From positions 35,712,001 through 35,776,000 of the forward strand of contig NC_043005.1 of the NCBI RefSeq assembly GCF_006345805.1: DNA of 64,000 bases, in the 5' to 3' direction. Positions within the stretch are counted from its first letter, which is position 1. Each line of letters opens with the position of its first letter. Shown here piece after piece: positions 39,980 through 52,694 of the stretch. A program made the position numbers and the translations under genes. This stretch comes from Octopus sinensis. Lineage: Eukaryota. The notes under the pieces were generated by a model that ran no database searches, was not told the DNA's origin, and was given only the letters and a program-made list of their open reading frames with translations.

Positions 39980-40310
39980 GTTCTCATTCCCTTTTTCATT
40001 TAGAGTAAATTTTGACCGGCCAACGACTTGGTAGCAAGGTTGTGAAGAAAAGTATCTTGATTTAACCGTCATCCTTTAAATCTTAATAAGGTCTTGCAGA
40101 TTTTTTATAATCCCTGATATCGTGATCATTTGTAGCATATGAATTAAGGATTTACATTCTCTCCTCGAGATTCCAAGTTCAGCCATACCTCTTTGTTCCA
40201 GACGGGTTGGTTTGTATCCTACTGCCCCTATAATAATGGGTATGAAGCCGAAAGTGTATTTGGGTACTGGATTTGCAAACTCCTTATTAATGGTCCATAG
40301 ATGCCCCCCT
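39980..40310 (-). mobile_element. Short 3' fragment of an RLE-clade LINE within (GTAT)n
   Basis: KYTFGFIPIIIGAVGY..LIHMLQMITISG is similar to the 19915-20205 peptide; (GTAT)n on both sides. Confidence 0.65.
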
Positions 40311-40832
40311 TCTGTTGTGTATGTATGTATGTATGTATGTATGAATGTATGTATATATGTATGCATGTGCGTGCGTACATACGTACGTAGTATGTTTGTA
40401 AGTATGTATATATGTATGTATGTATATTATGTATGTTATATATCTATATACGTATGTATGTATGTATGTATATTGATCACGCTTTACAAAATGCGTAAGG
40501 ACACCTTTCACAGAGGAGTTATAATAAACCCAAGACGTATCTGTTTCTTCCACCTGTTGGTTTTATGCATCAAATTCACTCTTCTCTAGTATATTTTCTA
40601 TATTTTCCAAAACTTCAATTAATTGATTTTATAAGTGCTATTTCCTTTGCCTGTAGTTTTCAGAAATTAAACTTGTCTAGAGGGAGTTATTGTCTGCTAG
40701 TTTGAATAATCTCATTTAACTCAAGATAAACCACTCACTTCATTACGTATGTAAGATATTCCTGTATTTCTTTTATTATTTTACGCACAGAATTCTTATT
40801 TGAGGTTGTTTTCGTCAGCCATGTTCTGAACG

Positions 40833-40873
<41 letters not shown>

Positions 40874-40903
40874 ATATATATATATATTATATATATATAT
40901 ATA

Positions 40904-41190
40904 TATAAAATATTATTAGAGACAAAACCACTATTTTGCAAAACAAACAAGGAAAGACTTAATCAATACATAAAATTTTAATAAATAGTAAAAAAAACCG
41001 CCACTACAATTGTTACTTGTCTTGATCGACAATCTTCAGGTGGACTTCCAATAAGTCAGTTTCTTTGCAAAATAGTGGTTTTGTCTCTAATAATATTTTA
41101 TAATATTTTACTATAAAATTGGATTTAATCCTAAATCTGATTTTTTCCCTGTAAATTTGGATTCATTCCCTAATATTTATTATTATATAT
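40904..41190 (-). repeat. Penelope-tail-like repeat: 39-bp perfect inverted repeat enclosing an HHR-like motif
   Basis: IR 40904-40942 / 41064-41102; motif at 41001-41043; related segment at ~43355-43450. Confidence 0.7.
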
Positions 41191-41194
41191 ATAT

Positions 41195-41491
41195 ATATAT
41201 ATAAATGACAATTTCTGTCTGTCTGTTACTATCTTGGTGCCTATACTAGCGAACCAATCTTCACGAAACTTTGCAAACATATTAAACTAACATCCAGTTA
41301 AATTATAGTCTAATTGGATTTCAATAAAAATCGTTGACAGGGGTTGGGCTATTATATGATAAAATGAGAAAGGCGCAAAAGGTATTAGGTTCAGGGAAAT
41401 GCGGTGGCATAATGAGGGTGGCAGATGTCATGGAAGGCGAGAAGATAGGAAGAGACAGAGAGATAGAACGAAAGACAAGGAGAGAGTAGGA

Positions 41492-41531
<40 letters not shown>

Positions 41532-42658
41532 GAGTATGTGTTTACTGAAGGAACAACGAATTTTAATACTTTGTTCTTTAATTTTGACCTATCACTTAAC
41601 GCATACGCTATAGTGAATTAGCTATCGTATGCTCAGTCAAAACTTTTACAATATGTCAACAACAGATGTAAAACTAACAATTGAAAGGTAAAGTATTTTT
41701 ATATTTGTTTTCAAATCACCGTATTAAGATTTATTAAAACTTTGCCAACGTACTGAAACAATAACACTATAGATAATGTCTTTCATTTTCTTCCATAGAT
41801 GAATAACCCGTCGTTGTCGGGCAATTTTACTATAGAATTTCTTATACAAATTTTTGTTTACTCCATACAAGACCATGTTTTCCTCGACACATAGGCCTTT
41901 TGATCAGGACAGATTTGTGCAATTTTTCGCAAAAAATTCCTTGACAATCTTTTTCCTTTTTAAATTATTTACATGTTTGTTCGACCGTGTCACGTGACTT
42001 TATTCATGAAAACTTATCAAAACCTCAGAAGTTCTTGCAACTTTGGTCGTCGTAATGCTTTGCTTTCGTTTGTTTAAAAAAAAATTTCTCCTCCCAAAAT
42101 GATTTTGCCTTCATTTTGTGATAGACAGCTATCATGCAGAAAATGCCAGCTTCAACATCCTGTTTTCTGGATCAATTTTAGATAAAATTGATTAAACTTT
42201 TAAACTCCAGTAACATTTTATTGCAAATTTTCTAGAACAAATAAATAACAAAATCTGATTTAACGTGGAAAATTATTTCCACATACCAAATTTGAAAATT
42301 TTGACGTAATCTTAAAATTTCACAATGTGACAACAACAGGGAAGACCCTCAAAATTGATAATAATCAACCATCAATCAATTGTTTCATAGTCGCACATCA
42401 TCAGTCTTCTCATCCTTCCAACCATCCACCAATTCAACTTTGATATTACCTTACCATTACAATCGATCAGTTTTATGATTTAACTGTATAACTTGCGTGT
42501 ATTTGTAAATCTATCCCATGTCGCCGTGTATTTATAAATTTATTTGTAATCTAAACGGGAACAGAACAGGAAACAGGATAGGACATGAAACAGTGTAATG
42601 GGAATGGGAACTGGAAATAATCACCGCTTTTCCGGGTACTACCGGGTAATTCAGCTAG
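41195..42658 (+). mobile_element. Non-autonomous composite Helitron
   Basis: 5' ATAAATGACAATTTCTGTCTGTCTG; 3' CCGG-GTACTA-CCGG hairpin then CTAG (42655-42658); internal terminus-like hairpin at 41803-41833. Confidence 0.65.
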
Positions 42659-43449
42659 CGTATATGTGTGTGCGTATGCGTTGTGTGCATGTATGCACAC
42701 ACACACACATTCACACACTCACTCACACACACACAACACACACACATATGAGTGAGTGAGCAAACAAAAGAAGGGCACTCAACAAATGTACTGGGGGTTA
42801 CATGCATGGATAAAAACGCTTTGATTCAAATTCGTAGGTACTCTTGAGTTTCACGCGTGATGCTAGTCGTCAGCCATTTTAAATTCGAATGACAAAACTT
42901 GATTGCTATTACCGTAAGGTGGGCTGCGATTGGTCGAGGAAGGTCACACGGTATCGTGGTTTGATGTTAGTATATGGGTAACAGTCAGTCAGAAAATACC
43001 GTATGCTGAACAAGAAATTGACCACGTGGAGGAGAGGAAATAGACCACGTGGCGATAAGGAAATTGGTCAGATTGTTGGTGGGGGTGGAAGTAGGAAGAG
43101 GCAGTATATAGTTCTATCTGTAGGTGAGTAGATGTGCTCATATAGTTTTGCGTGCATGTGTGTATTGATGCGAGCGTGCGCATCTGTACATGCCTGTGCA
43201 CGTGCATGTCTGCGCACACACACACACACACACACGCTTGGATGAACATGCACGCGTGTTCTACCTGCTGTTATTTCCAGCAGGTAGATATACTTAGTAT
43301 GTCCTATGATTAATTTTAGTCCTTCATATATATATATATATAATTTTTTTTCTAATTTATATATATATATATTATATTTTGTGAAATTTGATTTAGTATT
43401 TCTAAACTGAATTTTTCCCTGTAAGTTTGCAATAATATTCCCTCATTAT

Positions 43450-43480
<31 letters not shown>

Positions 43481-43576
43481 AGTATGTATGTATATATGTA
43501 TGTGTCTATATATATTATATATATATATGTATGTATGTATATATATATGTATGTATATATATATGTATGTATATAT

Positions 43577-43655
<79 letters not shown>

Positions 43656-43699
43656 TATGTGTGTGTGTGTGTGTGTGCACATACATATATACATACATA

Positions 43700-43892
43700 C
43701 AAAGGGATGTGGGTTCGACTCCCACACGGATGGGAAAGCCTTCTTTTTTCTGTTGAGGGCTTATATGTCCCTATATTAGACTATTTTCCTTAGTAATTGC
43801 AAGGAAAATAGTCTAATAAAGGGGCATATAAGCCCTCAACAGAAGAAAGAAGGCTTTCCCATCCGTGTGGGAGTCGAACCCACATCCCTTTG
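43700..43892. repeat. Near-perfect palindrome (92-bp arms, 9-nt spacer) of a tRNA-SINE-like sequence
   Basis: Arms 43700-43791 / 43801-43892 with 3 mismatches; contain B-box GGTTCGACTCC; third diverged copy at 44055-44156. Confidence 0.9.
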
Positions 43893-45178
43893 TTAACACG
43901 GCGGCGCCGTAATAAAGAAAACTATTCGCACCGAAAGCATATAGAAAGTTTGTTTACGTCGTAAAAATAAAATACTAACTAATATATAGTTCTTAAATTT
44001 AACAGTAAAGGGAAGGCTGATTCGCTGGTTCAAAGGCAACATATTTAGTCGCGTTAACAAAGGGATATGGGTTCGATTCCCACGCGGATATGAAAGCCTT
44101 CGTTTTTCTGTCTAGGGCTTATAATGCCCCTTTACTAGACTATTTTCCTTAGTCATTGATCTCCATAAGATTTAAGCTTATATAAAAATATCATTATTAT
44201 TATTTACAGGATTGTAAATCACGGCGTCGTAATAAAAAAAATCGCACCGAGATATGTTTGTGTGTGTGTGTGTATATATATGTGTGTGTGTGTGCACATA
44301 CATACAAGTTTGTGATGGTGCCCCTTCTACCGCTTGACAACTGGTGTGTTTACGTCTCCGTAACTTAGAGTAAGTGGCAGGCTTAAGAAAAAAGATAGTC
44401 CTGGGGTCCATTTGTTCGACTAAAATTCTCTAAGTCGGTGCCCTAGCATGGCCGCAGTCTAATGACTGAAACAAGTAAAAAGATAAAAGATATACGCTTA
44501 TCTATCCTTGTACTTAAATACACACACACATATTCGCGTCTCCTCCTTACTACCGCCACCACCACCGCATCACACCTGTAAGAGATTTGTTAAGCTGCAA
44601 CAATCTGCATCAGGCGCTCAGGTTAAGAACGTGTTACCAAAGTATTATTCATTAAGCTTCACATACGCCCTCCGTAGCCCCACCATGACCAACACTCCTC
44701 TGAAGTATTAATATTAAACTGTGCCTCCTTAACTGTCCAATTTATTTAAAGCTACTCTGAGAGCACAGCAGTAGTGAAGAGGAACAACGTGACCCTCTGA
44801 AACAAACTACCTCAACATGAGTCGATGAGGAGAGTCTCCGTGCAATCACGAGATGTTACTAGAAATAGCAGTCAAAACTCCTTCTCTTGTTGTCCTTTAT
44901 CTTTCAGTTGTTTCAGTTACTGAATTGCGGCCATGTTATGGAACCACCTTTAAGCAATTTACTCAAACAAATCGCCCCCGGTACTTGTGTAATTTTGTTA
45001 AGCTTGGCACTTACTCTTGCGGTTTCTTTTTTGCTGAACCGTTACGTTACGAGGACGTAAACAAACCAATACCAGTTGTCAAGCGATGGTGAGAAACAAA
45101 CAACAAATACGATGGCACACATACACACACACACAAACAAATACAAACACTGTATGTATGTGTGTGCACGCACGCGCA

Positions 45179-45240
<62 letters not shown>

Positions 45241-45394
45241 CACACACACACAGTTTAAAATTAATAGGAGAAATCCAACGGAACAATTACAATACTTCAT
45301 TTCCTTCTCTCCCAATATCTAGCTTGTTCCGACAACGTCATTTTAAATTCCAAACGTCCATTGTTCGTATGTAAATATTTTGTGAATGAGCGTA

Positions 45395-45432
<38 letters not shown>

Positions 45433-45529
45433 ATCCAAACATTAAAATACCAAGAGAAAACACAACAACGCGAGGACGTGCAACAAATATAGTATTATTG
45501 GACGCTCAGGAAGGAAGGGAAGAAGGAGG

Positions 45530-45564
45530 GTTTTACGTTTCGAGCGGAGCTCTTCGTCAGAAAC
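45530..45564 (-). ncRNA. Minimal type I hammerhead ribozyme in a dispersed repeat (45429-45635)
   Basis: GUUU-CUGACGA-A-GAGC-UCC-GCUC-GAAA-CG-U-A-AAAC; intact core, palindromic ACGU stem III. Confidence 0.7.
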
Positions 45565-45877
45565 ATAGGAAAAGGAAAGGTCCAGAGAAGGGAAGACGGA
45601 GAAAAAAAATCGCCAACGGTACACATGCGGTCACAATGTATGTATGTATGTATGTATGTATGTATGTAGTATGTATGTATGTATGTATGTATGTATGTGT
45701 GTGTGTAAGAGTTTATAGTTTGATGAGTGTGTATGTATGTGTTAGTGTACGCTTGTGTTTTGCATGAATATTATCTTTTGCATGAGTGTGAACGCCTCTG
45801 TCCATATAAATATAAATGCGTTACATTTTGAAGGTCTTTCTTTTTAGGTTAACATGTTTTTTTTATGAGCTTGTTAT

Positions 45878-46135
45878 TAGTGGCGGACTGATCTAAAAAT
45901 ATTGGTTGCCAGGAGATTCAGGGGGCCCATCCGCAACTACAAGGGGACCACCCGCAACTGTCTACAAACACAGCCACGCTGAACTAATGCATTCTTCCAG
46001 GAGTGAATAAAAAAATTCTCGAACTTGAGGGGATGACCCCCTTAGATGCTAACATGGGCACCCATATATGGATTCTAATGGCGCAGAGGCCCACTTGCCA
46101 TCGGGCAAGGTAGCACCCTGGCCAATTCGCCACTG
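45878..46135. mobile_element. 258-bp hAT-type MITE
   Basis: Termini TAGTGGCGGA / TTCGCCACTG; 8-bp TSD CTTGTTAT at 45870-45877 and 46136-46143. Confidence 0.85.
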
Positions 46136-46432
46136 CTTGTTATCATAAACCTCATGAAGAGATTGGTGCCCTGTTGACCATTATTTATCCTGCCGTACAT
46201 TTAAGAGTGCACCCATCGAAACGTATGTAGAGGACTTCATGACATAAATGGATTAGCCGATGTGTGCACTCCAAAATGTATATATATATATATAAAAGGT
46301 GCGAAATTGTAATGATCTTTGGAACGTTGACTGATGAGGAATTAGGTACGAATTATCTGTTTGTTATGTCTTTGTAAAATTTTCCGTTTGTTGTGTTTTT
46401 GCTACATTTTTGAAATATATATATATATATAT

Positions 46433-47935
46433 GTTAAGGGCGTTAGCAGGAAAATTTCCAGTTTGTCTTCAAGCAAAGAGATCTTTGCTGCTGTCACCTC
46501 ATACTTCAACCGGGCTCTGCCAAAGGTTTCAAGGGTAATATTAGTTATATGCCAGACCCTAGCCCCCACCCAAGAGAAAGCGTCACCGGAAAGTACTGTG
46601 GTTCACACCGTTATTTTCTTTAAACGTTAAGACCAGAGCAGGTAAGAACCTCCTTAGTTTAGTTGATAAACACTTCCCCCGTACCAATAGATTCAACAAA
46701 ACATTTAATAGATATACCCTGATATTATCCTTTAGCTGTGCACCTAGTGTAAAAAGAGATTTTAGTAGGTAGGCTCAGACCCAAGGCTGGGGCAGGATGC
46801 TCATGCAGAGACAACACAACTTATCTACGAAACGGTCACTGCAATTCGGAAATAGTTGTTTATGAGGCAGAAGTAACAGCAACAGGACCCAGTGGACAGC
46901 CGAGTGTGCAGAGGTATGGTGTGGGCAATGGGGGGTGGGGTGGGGTGGCACTTCAGAATCCGCTTTAATAACCACAAGTCCTCATTCAACATCCCAGAGA
47001 AGATGTAATGCCACAACCATAGCCAAGCACGTCTGAACTTTAAAAGGAATCGCCACAGAGTACAGCACAAAGTGGAAGATCCTAGAGAGATGTGAAACGT
47101 ACTTCAATAGCAGCAGGAAGTGCAGATATGCCTGGCTGAGAAGAGGGCAATTTTAAAAGGTACCCAACGCCCGGATGTTTACCTGAATAGCAGGAGTGAG
47201 GTGTTTAATCCTTGCCTGCATGAAAGGAAGTATATCCTATCGCACCTGCGCGCCCCACCATGACTGCAACCACAGGTCCCCTGTCTCGACCTTCCACCAA
47301 TGCCCTTGAACCCGGTAAAAAGAGTTTGACACAAGCATACACCAAGACACCCATGTACACACACACACACATACACCTATAAAGCGGACACCCACAAAAT
47401 AAACTGTCTCCCCCCCCCCCAACATGCATCCCTTCACACAAATTGTACCCTCACGTATACACAGACCCTCCCACATACACATACACATTACACACCGCAC
47501 ACTAACATAACCCCACTCATGACTTTATCCTTTAAGGAAAGAAAACAGACCAAGAAAAAATTATACATATGACACCGCTACGCATACCACACGCCCCATT
47601 CCCACAGGAGCACCACATTAATAGTATACACTTTTCCCACTTCAAGATAACTCTTGCAGGCTTCACAGCGTACCCAACCAAGGGACATAAATCCTAAACT
47701 AATCACCTGACCCCTTTTCCTTCCACCACCTTTTTCACAGCAGTCACTGACCGGTTGTGCTAATCCATCTCCAACAATAGAGAGCAGTCGCATTATTCCT
47801 TTCCATATCGGCTAACTCTGATGAGCGAAAAGTTATATTCTCGGTTTGTTACCAAACACTCCATTGTATTCTTTACACGAAACCGATTGGCAAGACCAAC
47901 CGTGCTGGATATTTACTACTATATATTTCGAATAA
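46433..47935 (+). mobile_element. 3' remnant of a Penelope-like element (RT C-terminus/linker, GIY-YIG endonuclease, 3' region)
   Basis: VSRKISSLSSSKEIF..RKRHRKVLWFTP..NVKTRAGKNLLSLVDKHFP..FNRYTL..SC; CSCR..CNSEIVVYEAEV..RY; FRIRFNNHKSSF..KWKILE..CR-CLAEK..LNSRSEVFNPCLHERKY, stop at 47261-47263; several frameshifts. Confidence 0.85.
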
Positions 47936-48135
47936 TATATATATAGAAATATTAAAATTTCTAAGTCTCTCTAAAGGAGACTACAGCAGCGGTACTGGAT
48001 ATTAATAATTATCGCCAAGCTAATGTGGCAGTCCAGAAATATAGGACGAATGCTGCCGTTGATTAGCTCCAAGAGGCCATCGCCTCTAGCTAGCTATATG
48101 ACACACGAACTTCATATATATATATATATATATAT

Positions 48136-48285
48136 ACGTTAAGATCAGAGCAGGTAAGACCTTCCTTAGTTTAGTTGATAGATACTTCCCCCGTACCAAT
48201 AGATTCAACAAGACATTTAATAGATATACCCTGATATTACCCTTTAGCTGTGCACCTAGTGTAAAAAAGATTTTAGTAGGTAGGG
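48136..48285 (+). mobile_element. Second short fragment of the same Penelope-like element
   Basis: Highly similar to 46626-46775. Confidence 0.85.
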
Positions 48286-48670
48286 CCCAAATTTCTCGAA
48301 CTAAGACGCCTCGGTTGACAAACGATGTCCTGAATAACGATCGTGAAAGTCGACAAACAATAGTTGATGTCAAGCTGGGAGTATCAGCAGGAGAGCATCA
48401 CTTGCTCGCTTTCGCTCAGTGCACATCCTAGCTCAAATTTACCGTGCCTTCTCTTGAATAGTTTCGGTTTACGAACATTTCCGATGACGAACAGCCTTCA
48501 TGAACGAATTAAATTCGTAAACCGCGGTTCCATTATATATATAACCAATCCCATAAGATTGACCATTGAAAAGGTAATTACACTGGTGGTGCTCCAGCAT
48601 GGCCACTGCCTTAGGGCTGAAACGTAAAAAAAGAATAAAAGAATGTATGTATGTATGTATGTATGTATAT

Positions 48671-48862
48671 GTGGAGGCACAATGGCCCAGAGGTTAGGGC
48701 AGCGGACTCGCGGTCGGAGGATCGCGGTATCGATTCCCAGACCGGCCGCTGTGTGTGTTTATTGAGGCTCCCTGTTGTACTCTTTCGCCACAACTTTCTC
48801 TCACTCTCTCTTCCTGTTTCTTGAGTAACGCTGCGATGGGAAACCGGGCCCATGAGCTTGAA
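48671..48862 (+). mobile_element. Truncated tRNA-SINE (family of 4484-4881)
   Basis: GTGGAGGCACAATGGCCCAGAGGTTAGGGCAGCGGACTCGCGG head. Confidence 0.85.
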
Positions 48863-48925
48863 AAGGGCGCATAAATAAAAAACAAAATGTATGTGTATAT
48901 ATATATATATATGTCATACATAAGA

Positions 48926-48969
<44 letters not shown>

Positions 48970-49903
48970 GGCGGGCTTCTTTCAGTTTCTGTCTACTAAA
49001 TCCACACACACACAAAGCTATCAGAGGATAAGTTAGTGCTAGATAAAGTGTGCCTGAAAATAAAGAGGGGATGGTCACAAATGGAATACTGCAAATCAGG
49101 GTTGTGTTGAAGTTAAATCATAACACATTACTGAAGTTAATCTGAAAACTCCGGATTAACTCTTATCATCGTCTTTGTCAATAAATAAAACCCGTAATTC
49201 ACCTCCTGCTCCTGCTCCTTTCCCTCCCCCCCCTCCAAGACGTCTAGGTATTGTTGAGTTTTTGGGTTGTGGTGTGAGTAGAAACTATAGTTAGAGAGGT
49301 TAAGTACACAACGCTCACTGCAAAACCACCACCACCACCACAGCAAGCACAACCACCAACAACTCTATCACTACTACTACTACTACTACAAATACCGCCA
49401 ACACCATCATCACCAACATCACCACCTTAATCACCGCTACCACCACCACCACTACCATCACCACTACCAATCATCAATACCATCGCCATCACCATCACTA
49501 CTGTTACCACCACCATTATCACCTGTACCACCGCTACCACCATCATCACTACGCTAGTCATTGCGAGCTCTACCTCAACTTGTTGCAAACAAACAAATCA
49601 ACAAACAAGCAAATATCAAATCTTAAGTTGACCTACATTAGTCATGCAGACAAGCGCGGGGTGGGTGGAAGAAGTAATAATACAAAATAATATCCCGGGA
49701 CAGAGAGAGACGGGAGGGGAACAGGTAGAATGACTTTAACTAAAGACTTGAGCTTTTCAGCGCCTATTGTTTAGGATGTGTAATAATAATACTAATAAAC
49801 CTAGAAAGAAACACCTTTTCCCTCAAAGTGCAACACTGTGTAAAAAAACACCGCAGGTACTACACACCGCCAGGTAAGTTGATAATATTTTTCATTCACC
49901 TTT

Positions 49904-49954
<51 letters not shown>

Positions 49955-50326
49955 AAGTGTGTATATATATATATATATATACACTTTATTTAAGAAGCTG
50001 ACCCTCAAAGTCCTGTACCTCATGGAATATTTTCTTTCTTTTTTGTTTTTATACGATTCTGATTTTTTTTTTTTTTTTTTTCAAAAATATATTACAAATC
50101 TGGCCCTTTGTTCCATATCCTTTGCCTTTCCTGTGCGGATATTGGACTTCGAGGGACAGCTATTCCGAAATTCCGACCAAGTACGCTTTCCTGGTTTAGT
50201 TTCTTCATACCTTTCTGAAAAATAGATATTTTTTAATATAATTTTCTGCAAAAAAAAAAAATATATATATATATTTGTAGAAAGTTATGAGGAAACAAAG
50301 GCGGTTAGCACACTTCTGTATATATG

Positions 50327-50381
<55 letters not shown>

Positions 50382-51854
50382 GCTCACCCCACCTCATCAA
50401 CCTATCTACACATATGTTTATACGTTAAAATAGTTTATTGTTATCGTCTTAAGCTAAAGACAAAATCTGATACAGCATAAAACAAACTCAAACTTTTCCG
50501 ACTGCAATTTTCACTATATTGGGTAATTCAATGGTTTTCTTTCCTTCTTTCTTTCTCACATAGCGACAAGAACACAATATATATGCACACTCGCTCCTAT
50601 GTGTGTGTGTGTGTATTTAAAGTTGGTGATGTTATTGTTAAAAATGTTTTATAGTCTCAGACGTATCACATTGTGTTTAAGTGTGCATATTTTTTGCATT
50701 TTTATGCACATATCGTGTGCTTCTTTTTAATGTTGGAAAGAAGAAAGGAATAGAAATAGCTGGAGAAACGCCACAAAAATAACTTATGTGTGTGTGTATA
50801 TTACAGGTAAAATATTAAATCATGAACATTTAGTATGCGTGTGTGTGTGTGTGTCTGTGCAATTATCGTTGAACAACGTATTATGTATTTTATCATTCTG
50901 CTCTATTGTCGATGTTAGGTAAATCTTCGTAATTTGTATTTTCTCTCTTATTGCTATTGTTGTTTGATTATTAATATCCTCTGTTCCTGATTACATTGCT
51001 AATGCTCTTAAGGACCCCCTAGTAAACTACATCTTTAGCTTCGTACCTTAATAAAGCCACTTTTTATTTCTTTTATTTTCCCACAATATTGTAGCTAAGA
51101 GAACCTACATTGGCCTTGTTAAATTAGGAATAAATGATATACTACTGACAGATGCTTATGGGAGATCGGTAATGATATGTTGAGACATTCATGCCTTTTC
51201 ATAAAGTATATTTATTCAGTAAATGCTATTTACATGTTCACGTTAAGAAACATAGGACAGTTCTATTCAATTCACTTCTCTACCGGGAGGACCGTGTAGC
51301 AAGTCTAAAAACAAGCATTAGAGCAAATGGCAGTGCCCCAGCATGACCACAGCCTCTAGCTGACACCGACTATAGAATTACAGAACTGAATACCATGTCA
51401 TGGTTACCATTTGACATAACTTTACTCTTCTTAGATATTTGATACAGTTAAAAACTTTTGTTGACTTGACAAAATTGAATCCACTTTTTCGCAAGACGAA
51501 AATCAATCGACCACGCTACTGGCTGTTTAAATCTTTATCGATCTCAATAAGATGAAAGGGAAAGTCAATTTCGATAGCGTTTGACTAAAAAAATGTAAGG
51601 TACTAATTTCGATATGGTATTTTCAAATCTCTTTCATTTACGAAAAAAGGGATTGTACCAAGAATGGGAAGTATTTTTGCTAAGGGTTGTGGCCGGCACA
51701 AATGATAAACAATCACTTGAAAGGTGACAGGGTAGAATTTAAAATGCTAAAATGTATCTTCATTTAATTTCTGATTTAGTGATCTACTTAACTGTTGCAA
51801 ATTTCTCGTCTGGAAAGACCGTTTCTGCAATTTTTCGAACTTTATACATAAAAG

Positions 51855-51894
51855 ATGGCTGACAAAATGAGACAAACTTCTAAAATAGTGAAAG
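51855..51894 (+). CDS. Possible short first coding exon (MADKMRQTSKIVK); host gene unidentified
   Basis: AAAG-ATG-G start context and strong donor AAG|GTAAGC; no downstream exon identified. Confidence 0.2.
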
Positions 51895-52309
51895 GTAAGC
51901 AAATAATAATCGGTACCAATCAACAATGCATTTGATTTAATGCATATATTACATGTGTGCGTGTGTGTATTATATATGTATGTTTGTATGTACAACTCGT
52001 GTATATGTGGTGCTACTTTGGTCTGTGATCTACTCAAAGGGTGATTAGTTTAGGTTACTGTTTAGATTTTCAATTTCTAAAAACCCATGAGATGTTCATG
52101 CATTTCTAGCAGATATTCACTCGGTTCACCTTTATATTTCATCTTTATTATCAAATTGTCATTCAAAATTTTTATAAACCCTTTTGCACATACTTAGCAT
52201 TGTAAATGTATTTTTTCAAACTTCTTATTATTTAAAAAATAATGAAACCATGTTTCATTTATGTCTTAGTAAATGATAATAAGGAACCAAAAATAAACAA
52301 TATAATGAT

Positions 52310-52536
52310 TAAGATAAGTGCATAGGTAACACAAGTTTGGCAGCTGTGAATTTTGCAACATAAAGTAGCCAAAATTTTATCATTTTCCCCTTTTCTTCGA
52401 GCATCCTTCATTTCTCCACCACCACAATGGCATAGTGCAACATATTTTCTTCATCATCTAAAAGGCCATTTCTTCGTAAAAATGCAACTACCTTCGTCTC
52501 ATTGCTAATCCCATTGTAAAAGTCTTTAACCAACAT
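52310..52536 (-). pseudogene. Possible N-terminal remnant of a Merlin/ISXO2-like transposase
   Basis: ETKVVAFLRRNGLL..(frameshift)CHCGGGEM..LCCKIHSC resembles the FL..GLL..C..CG..M..C..C zinc-ribbon N-terminus; assignment from recall. Confidence 0.4.
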
Positions 52537-52694
52537 CTTAAGGGTTTTTAGAAATTGGAAAGTAAATTGAAAAGCAACCTAAAGTAATTGCACTTTGTTG
52601 TAGATCACATGCCAAAGTAGCAGTGTATATGTTTATATACGTGTGTGTGTATGTATATATACATATGTATATGTATTCATGAGTGAATGAAAAT

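Noticed and set aside
43749-43775. CTGTTGA-GGGC-TTATAT-GYCC resembling an HHR 5' half
   Set aside because: No GAAA or stem III follows in any of the three copies
46331-46360. CTGATGA...GAAT upstream of the Penelope remnant
   Set aside because: Stems do not pair; at most a heavily decayed motif
48455-48535. 10-bp stem followed by GAAACTATTC on the minus strand
   Set aside because: CUGANGA half absent; incomplete, not called
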